Source: Phycisphaerae bacterium (lineage in GTDB: Bacteria > Planctomycetota > Phycisphaerae > SM23-33). Taken from it: 64,000 nt of DNA. Where the stretch lies: the NCBI GenBank assembly GCA_011050235.1, contig DRGC01000022.1, positions 128,827-192,826 of the forward strand, given 5' to 3'. The translations under genes were made by a program, and so were the position numbers. A model generated the notes under the pieces. It was not told the origin of the DNA, did no database searches, and worked only from the letters and a program-made list of their open reading frames with translations. The stretch's first letter is position 1. Every line of letters starts with the position of its first letter. Positions 58,670 to 64,000 of this stretch are shown piece by piece.

Positions 58670-59608
58670 TCAGCCCGTCGGCTGGTCGACCAAGCCCTCG
58701 ACGGCCCGATGGGTGTTGAGGTTGGCGACCTTCATCTTGCGGTCGATTCGCCGCATCAGGCCGGCCAACACGCGGCCCGGGCCGATTTCATATAGGCTCT
58801 GCGCTCCGGCTTCAAGCAAATACTCCATCGACTGCTGCCACCGAACCGGAGAGGTGAGCTGTGATAAGAGCTTCTGCTCGATCTGCGATGCGTCCGCATA
58901 CGGGGCGGCGTCCACGTTGGCGACCACGGGCACGGCGGGGACGGCGAAGTCCACCTCGGCCAGGACGGGCTGGAACTGCTCGGCTGCGGGGGCCATCAGG
59001 GCGCTGTGAAACGCGCCGGCCACGTTGAGCGCCACCGCGCCGCTGGCGCCGAACCGCTTAGCCAACTGGGCCGCCCGCTCGCACGCGTCGGCCTGGCCGG
59101 AAAGGACGATCTGTCCCGGGCAGTTGAAGTTGGCGCAGGTCAACACCTGGCCCTCGGCGGCGGCCTGACACAACTCCTCGGCCTTGGCCTCGTCCAAGCC
59201 CAACACGCAGACCATGCCCGACGGCGTCGCCGTCGCCGCCTGCTGCATCAGCTCGCCTCGTTTGGCGACGAGCTTGACGCCTGTTTCAAAATCCATCGCG
59301 CCGGCGGCATACAGGGCGGTGTACTCACCCAGGCTCAGCCCGGCTGCGACGTCGGGGGCGGGGGCGTCGGGCGACTGTCGCAGCGTATCCAGCAGGACGG
59401 CCGAGACGGTGAAGATCGCCGGCTGGGCGACGTCGGTCCGGTTGAGCCGCTCCTCGGGACCTTCGAAGCAAAGCGTCTTGAGCGGCAGGCCCGAGGCGGC
59501 CTCAGCGCGGTCAAACAGATCCCGCGCCGCCGCGGAGGCGTCGTAGAGATCCTTGCCCATGCCGACTTCCTGGGCGCCTTGACCTGGAAATAGAAACGCT
59601 GTCTTCAT
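58670..59608 (-). CDS. fabD: Malonyl-CoA:ACP transacylase
   Basis: 'FPGQGAQ', 'GLSLGEY', 'GAFHS'. Confidence 0.96.
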   Translation of the reverse strand: MKTAFLFPGQGAQEVGMGKDLYDASAAARDLFDRAEAASGLPLKTLCFEGPEERLNRTDVAQPAIFTVSAVLLDTLRQSPDAPAPDVAAGLSLGEYTALYAAGAMDFETGVKLVAKRGELMQQAATATPSGMVCVLGLDEAKAEELCQAAAEGQVLTCANFNCPGQIVLSGQADACERAAQLAKRFGASGAVALNVAGAFHSALMAPAAEQFQPVLAEVDFAVPAVPVVANVDAAPYADASQIEQKLLSQLTSPVRWQQSMEYLLEAGAQSLYEIGPGRVLAGLMRRIDRKMKVANLNTHRAVEGLVDQPTG

Positions 59609-59628
59609 CTTGACCGTGCCATCGCCTG

Positions 59629-60618
59629 TTATAGTTTCAGCACCGCACCAGCCCACGTCAGCCCCGCGCCGAAGGCGATCAGAAGGACCGTCGAGCCCGG
59701 GCCGACCTTGCCGTTGGCCATCGCTTCCTTCAGGGCCAGCGGCACGGAGGCGGCCGACGTGTTGCCGTACTTGTCGATATTGATGTAGACCTTCTCCATC
59801 GGGAAGTTGTACTTTTCGACGGCGGAGCAAATGATGCGCATGTTGACCTGGTGGGGGATCACCATGTCCACGTCGTCGGGCGTGAGGTTACATTGCGCCA
59901 TGCAGTCGCCCAGCAGCCACTGCATTTTCTCCACCGCAAAGCGGTACACGTCGCGGCCCTGCATCTTGATGAACTGCAGCCCTTCGTCCAGTGTCTGGTG
60001 GGTCGTCGGCAGGCGCGTTCCGCCAGCGGGCGCGTGGATGAAGCCCGCGCCGCCACCATCGGCGGCTAGAACGGTATAGGCGATGCCCCGCTCATCGGTG
60101 CTGGCCTCCAGAACGGCTGCGCCGGCTCCATCGCCGAACAGAATGCAATTGCCGCGATCGGTGTAGTCGGCGAAATGGCTCATCACGTCCACACCGACAA
60201 CGAGGATCTTCTTGTAGGTGCCGGTGCGGATAAACTGGTCGCCGACGGTCAGGGCGTAGATGAACCCGCTGCAGGCCGCCGACAGATCGAACGCCGGGAT
60301 GTTTCCTGCGCCCAGTTCGCTTTGCAGCAGGCAGGCCGTCGCAGGGAAGGGCAGTTCCGGCGTGATGGTCGCAACGATGATCAGGTCCAGATCGGCGGCG
60401 GCGACGTTGGCCTCGGCGAGGGCCTGGCGGGACGCCTCGGTCGCCATGGTGAGGGTCGACTCACCGTCGGTTCGGATCCGGCGCTCCTTGATCCCTGTCC
60501 GCTGAGTAATCCACTCATCGGTGGTATCGAGAATTTTCTCAAAATCGGCGTTGGTCATGATCCGAGCGGGCACGTAACTGCCCATGCCCGTGACCGCTGC
60601 GCGCAAGCTATCAGCCAT
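59629..60618 (-). CDS. fabH: 3-oxoacyl-ACP synthase III
   Basis: 'AACSGF', 'PHQVN', 'GNTSAAS'. Confidence 0.96.
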   Translation of the reverse strand: MADSLRAAVTGMGSYVPARIMTNADFEKILDTTDEWITQRTGIKERRIRTDGESTLTMATEASRQALAEANVAAADLDLIIVATITPELPFPATACLLQSELGAGNIPAFDLSAACSGFIYALTVGDQFIRTGTYKKILVVGVDVMSHFADYTDRGNCILFGDGAGAAVLEASTDERGIAYTVLAADGGGAGFIHAPAGGTRLPTTHQTLDEGLQFIKMQGRDVYRFAVEKMQWLLGDCMAQCNLTPDDVDMVIPHQVNMRIICSAVEKYNFPMEKVYINIDKYGNTSAASVPLALKEAMANGKVGPGSTVLLIAFGAGLTWAGAVLKL

Positions 60619-61630
60619 TACCGGTCCTCTCATCCTGAGTCAGTCGCTCGGTAATTCGCTGATTCACCTTGTGGCGAGCGTATTTGTGGGCCAACAGCAC
60701 GGCGTTCGTCATGCCTAGACAGGAGTTGGCGCCATGGCAGAGGATGACAATTCCGCCGACACCGAGCACCGGCGCGCCACCGTGTTGGTTGAAGTCGTAC
60801 GTTTCCAGCGTCTGGCCGGCCGCCCGCATCGCGATCTGCCTTAGCTCCGGCGTGGATGTCGTGAGATCCTTCAGATTGTTGAGGATATCCCGGATCAGCC
60901 CGCCGCTCATCCCCTCGATGAGTTTGATGACCACGTTACCTACGAACCCGTCGCAGACCATCACGTCGCAGGCGCCGTGGAACAGATCGCGGCTTTCGAC
61001 GTTTCCGATGAAGTAGATCGAGCTGTCCCGCTTGATCAGCCCGTTGGCGGCCCGGACCAGGTCCGTGCCTTTCTCATCCTCTTCGCCGACCGACAGCAGA
61101 CCCACGCGCGGGTTCTTGACGCCGTAGACCGTCTCCATGTAGATCGACGCCATAATGGCGTATTGGTACAGGTGCCGCGGGCGACAGCTCATGTTGGCCC
61201 CGCCGTCGCACAGAACCACCGGCCCGTGCAGCGTTGGAATCATGATCCCCACACCCGGGCGATGCACACCCCGCAGGCGCCGCAGCCGCATCTGGGTCGC
61301 ACTGACGAACGCCCCCGTGTTGCCCGCGGAAATGCAGGCCTCGATGGCGCCTTCGGCATGCAACTGGGCCAGCACGGCGATGGAGCTGTTGGGCTTGGTC
61401 CGCAGACTCTCCACGGGCGATTCGTTCATTCCGATCCGCTGATTGGCATGGACGATCTCGATCTTGTCCTGGGGCCCCTTCTGCCTGGCCAGGGCCTTCT
61501 GGATGGCCGGCTTGTTGCCGACCAGCACGATCGTGTCATCGTCGCTCAGCTGCGCGCAGGCCGCCACGCCGCCCTCGACCTCGACGGCCGGGGCGCGATC
61601 GCTCCCCATGGCATCTACACCAATTCGCAA
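60611..61630 (-). CDS. plsX: Phosphate acyltransferase
   Basis: 'DAMGSD', 'SAGNTGA', 'DGFVGNV'. Confidence 0.96.
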   Translation of the reverse strand: MRIGVDAMGSDRAPAVEVEGGVAACAQLSDDDTIVLVGNKPAIQKALARQKGPQDKIEIVHANQRIGMNESPVESLRTKPNSSIAVLAQLHAEGAIEACISAGNTGAFVSATQMRLRRLRGVHRPGVGIMIPTLHGPVVLCDGGANMSCRPRHLYQYAIMASIYMETVYGVKNPRVGLLSVGEEDEKGTDLVRAANGLIKRDSSIYFIGNVESRDLFHGACDVMVCDGFVGNVVIKLIEGMSGGLIRDILNNLKDLTTSTPELRQIAMRAAGQTLETYDFNQHGGAPVLGVGGIVILCHGANSCLGMTNAVLLAHKYARHKVNQRITERLTQDERTGNG

Positions 61631-61633
61631 GCG

Positions 61634-61816
61634 CTAGCCCTCTTTCTCGACCTTCAGGCTCAGGCCCGGGCGAACATAGCCGCAGTTTTCACAAGCGGCA
61701 TGCGGGAGCTTGGGACTGTTGCAGCGGGGGCAGTCGGCGTAGTTGATCGGGCGCATCGCGTGGTGCGACCGGCGGATGCGCGTTCGTGCACGCGACTGTC
61801 TACGTTTGGGTAGCAT
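61634..61816 (-). CDS. rpmF: 50S ribosomal protein L32
   Basis: 'PKRRQSRAR', CxxC...CxxC, 60 aa. Confidence 0.95.
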   Translation of the reverse strand: MLPKRRQSRARTRIRRSHHAMRPINYADCPRCNSPKLPHAACENCGYVRPGLSLKVEKEG

Positions 61817-61900
61817 CGTTGCTTCCTTGTTCACGCAGCCTAACCGCCAGTCTGCACAACCAGTGCAGCAACAGGTCAGGCGAAGGGGAAACGGAGGCAG

Positions 61901-61929
61901 AAGGTAGAGAGCATTCGGGCCATTGTCAA
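61901..61929 (-). promoter_or_regulatory. sigma70-type promoter for rpmF-plsX-fab cluster
   Basis: TTGACA-N17-TACCTT. Confidence 0.75.
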
Positions 61930-61967
61930 GCAAAAGTCGATCGCCCCCCGACCGCCCGGGATGGCCG

Positions 61968-64000
61968 CTAGCCGAGCCGCTCCGACGCCCACCGGCCGGC
62001 GGCCTCCAGGGCTTCGGGGAGTTTGTCCGGCTGCTTGCCGCCAGCCTGAGCCAACGTGGGCTTGCCGCCTCCGCCGCCGCCCACGACCGGCGCGACGGCC
62101 TTGACCCAATCGCCGGCCTTCAGCTTGCCCGCTTTGACAAGATCGTCGCTAACCATTGCTACCAACGTGACTTTCGTTCCGTCCGTCCCGCCGACGAACA
62201 CCGCGGCGGCGCCCTTTTGACGCTGAACGTCGCAGATCGTCCGCAGGACGGCGGCATCGGGATCGCCCGTCCTGGCCACCAGCACCTTGCCCGCCGGGCA
62301 GTCCAACTCGGCGACGATCTCGAGTTCGCCGCCCGCTGGGGCCTTGGGGCCACCCTTGCGGAGGGTCTTGATCTCCTGGAGCATCGCCTCGATCCGCTCG
62401 GGAAGTTGCTCAGCCTTGATCCGAAGCGTTTTGGCCGCCGAGGCGGCGGTCGCCTCCAACTTCTGGACGTATTCCAGCGCCGCCTGGCCCGTCAAAGCCG
62501 TGATCCGCCGCATGCCCTTGGCCACGGATTCCTCGGCGATGATCTTGAAAAAGCCGATCTGACCCGTCCGCCCCACGTGCGTCCCGCCGCACAGCTCCAG
62601 GGGATGCTTCAGACCTTCCAGTTTTCGTCCCCGGCCGACACGGATCACGCGGACCGGGTCGGGATACTTCTCACCGAACATCGCCCGGATGCCCTCGAGC
62701 TTGAGCGCCTCGCTCAGCGGCAGCATTTGGTCCCTGACGCTCTCGTCGGCCACGATCCATTCGTTGACCAGCCGTTCGACCTCGATCTGCTGGTCGGCCG
62801 TGACGGCCCGGTTGTGGGAGAAGTCGAACCGCAGCCGATCCGGCGCCACCACGCTGCCGGCCTGGTTGACGTGCTCGCCCAACACCTCCCGCAACGCCCA
62901 GTTCAGCAAATGCGTAGCCGTGTGGTTTCGCATCGTGGCCCGGCGGACATCATTGACGCGACAAGAGACGGTCTGCCCAGCTGAGAGCTTTCCTTTGGCA
63001 ACCTTGCCCACGTGTAGCACGGCCGAACCGGCCATCTGCGCATCGGCAACCTCGAAGCGCCCGCCTTTCCAGGTCAACGCGCCCGTATCGCCCACCTGGC
63101 CTCCCTGTTCGCCGTAGAAGTTGGTCGCCGCCAGCACCACCGCCGCCTCGTCGCCGGCCGCCAGCTCGCCCTCGGTGACGAACTGCCCGTCGGCCACCCA
63201 GCCCAGGACGTTCGCCTCAACAGGCCGGTGAGCGAACTTGGCGGAATCGTCCGTAGCCGGGAGGTCGGGCAGGCCGGCGACCTTGAACGCCCCGCCGGCA
63301 GAGGACAACTCGCGGTGTTCGGCCATCGCCTTTTCGTAGCCGGCCATGTCGACCGTCAGGTCTCGCTCGCCGGCCATCAGTTGGGTCAGATCGACCGGGA
63401 ACCCGAACGTCGCGTACAGATCGAACGCGATCTCGCCGGGCAGTTCGGTCTTGCCGGCGTCGATCAGTTGGTTCACCTGGCGCTGGAACAACTCGATCCC
63501 GCGATCGAGCGTCCTGGCGAAGGCGGCTTCCTCGCCGGCGATGGTCTCCAGGATGTGCGATTTCCGCTGGGCGATCTCCGGAAAGCTATCGGCCATCAGG
63601 TCGATCACCGTCGGGGCCAGGTCCGCCAGGAACGGGCCGTCGATGTGCAGGTGCTGTCGCCCGTACCGCGCCGCCCGCCGCAGGAGACGCCGCAGCACGT
63701 AGCCGCGGCCCTCGTTGGACGGCATGACGCCGTCGGCGATCGCAAACACCAGCGCCCGTGCGTGGTCGGCGGCCACCCGGCAGGCGACGTCGCCCATGTC
63801 GTCCTCGCCGAGGACGTCGAATCGATCCTCCAGGCCGCTCGATGCCCCGTAGCGATGATCGGTGAAGGTCTCGAGCTTCTCGATGATCGGGATGAACAGG
63901 TCGGTGGCGTAGTTGCTCTTCTTGCCCTGCAGGACCATGCAGATTCGCTCGAACCCCATGCCCGTGTCGACGTGCCGGGCCGGTAGCGGCGAGAGCTTGC
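61968..64000 (-). CDS. alaS: Alanine--tRNA ligase, 5' part outside window
   Basis: 'DTGMGFER', 'GRGYVLRR', editing motifs HTATH and CGGTH, 'GGGGGK..LAQAGG'. Confidence 0.97.
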   Translation of the reverse strand, partial: KLSPLPARHVDTGMGFERICMVLQGKKSNYATDLFIPIIEKLETFTDHRYGASSGLEDRFDVLGEDDMGDVACRVAADHARALVFAIADGVMPSNEGRGYVLRRLLRRAARYGRQHLHIDGPFLADLAPTVIDLMADSFPEIAQRKSHILETIAGEEAAFARTLDRGIELFQRQVNQLIDAGKTELPGEIAFDLYATFGFPVDLTQLMAGERDLTVDMAGYEKAMAEHRELSSAGGAFKVAGLPDLPATDDSAKFAHRPVEANVLGWVADGQFVTEGELAAGDEAAVVLAATNFYGEQGGQVGDTGALTWKGGRFEVADAQMAGSAVLHVGKVAKGKLSAGQTVSCRVNDVRRATMRNHTATHLLNWALREVLGEHVNQAGSVVAPDRLRFDFSHNRAVTADQQIEVERLVNEWIVADESVRDQMLPLSEALKLEGIRAMFGEKYPDPVRVIRVGRGRKLEGLKHPLELCGGTHVGRTGQIGFFKIIAEESVAKGMRRITALTGQAALEYVQKLEATAASAAKTLRIKAEQLPERIEAMLQEIKTLRKGGPKAPAGGELEIVAELDCPAGKVLVARTGDPDAAVLRTICDVQRQKGAAAVFVGGTDGTKVTLVAMVSDDLVKAGKLKAGDWVKAVAPVVGGGGGGKPTLAQAGGKQPDKLPEALEAAGRWASERLG

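Noticed and set aside
56205..61630. Type II PKS or ladderane-type cluster
   Set aside because: Canonical primary fatty-acid synthesis gene order; no chain-length factor or tailoring genes.

Overview
GC-rich bacterial chromosomal segment. The PEP-CTERM/dockerin-like protein, DUF4159 and DUF58/BatA genes and ECF anti-sigma architecture suggest Planctomycetota, possibly Phycisphaerae (inference). From left to right: (1) a Tad/Flp pilus locus (partial tadB, tadA/cpaF, cpaE, cpaC, cpaB, tadE, cpaA, three tandem near-identical flp genes, divergent tadG-like gene) ending near the 3' end of tRNA-Arg(ACG); (2) a PEP-CTERM zincin-like protein; (3) a second type IV filament (T2SS/T4aP-like) operon headed by a PAS histidine kinase and a STAS protein, with an MshEN-type ATPase, sigma28-like promoters, PilC/M/N/O/P-like genes and five pilin-like genes, but no secretin or PilT; (4) uxaE, a REP-like element, a methyltransferase and an ECF sigma/anti-sigma-DUF4349/lipoprotein operon; (5) an exported-protein cluster: a transglutaminase-like protein, two divergent prenyltransferase-fold/DUF4159 paralogs sharing an unrecognised ~75-aa domain, and a HEAT-repeat protein; (6) an APC permease-USP fusion, an aminotransferase and a complete glycine cleavage/lipoylation cluster; (7) mntP, rsmD, DUF58, BatA/vWA and cca; (8) the rpmF-plsX-fabH-fabD-fabG-acpP-fabF cluster and partial alaS. 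No CRISPR array, integrase or transposase was seen. All family calls come from motif recognition by eye, not database searches.
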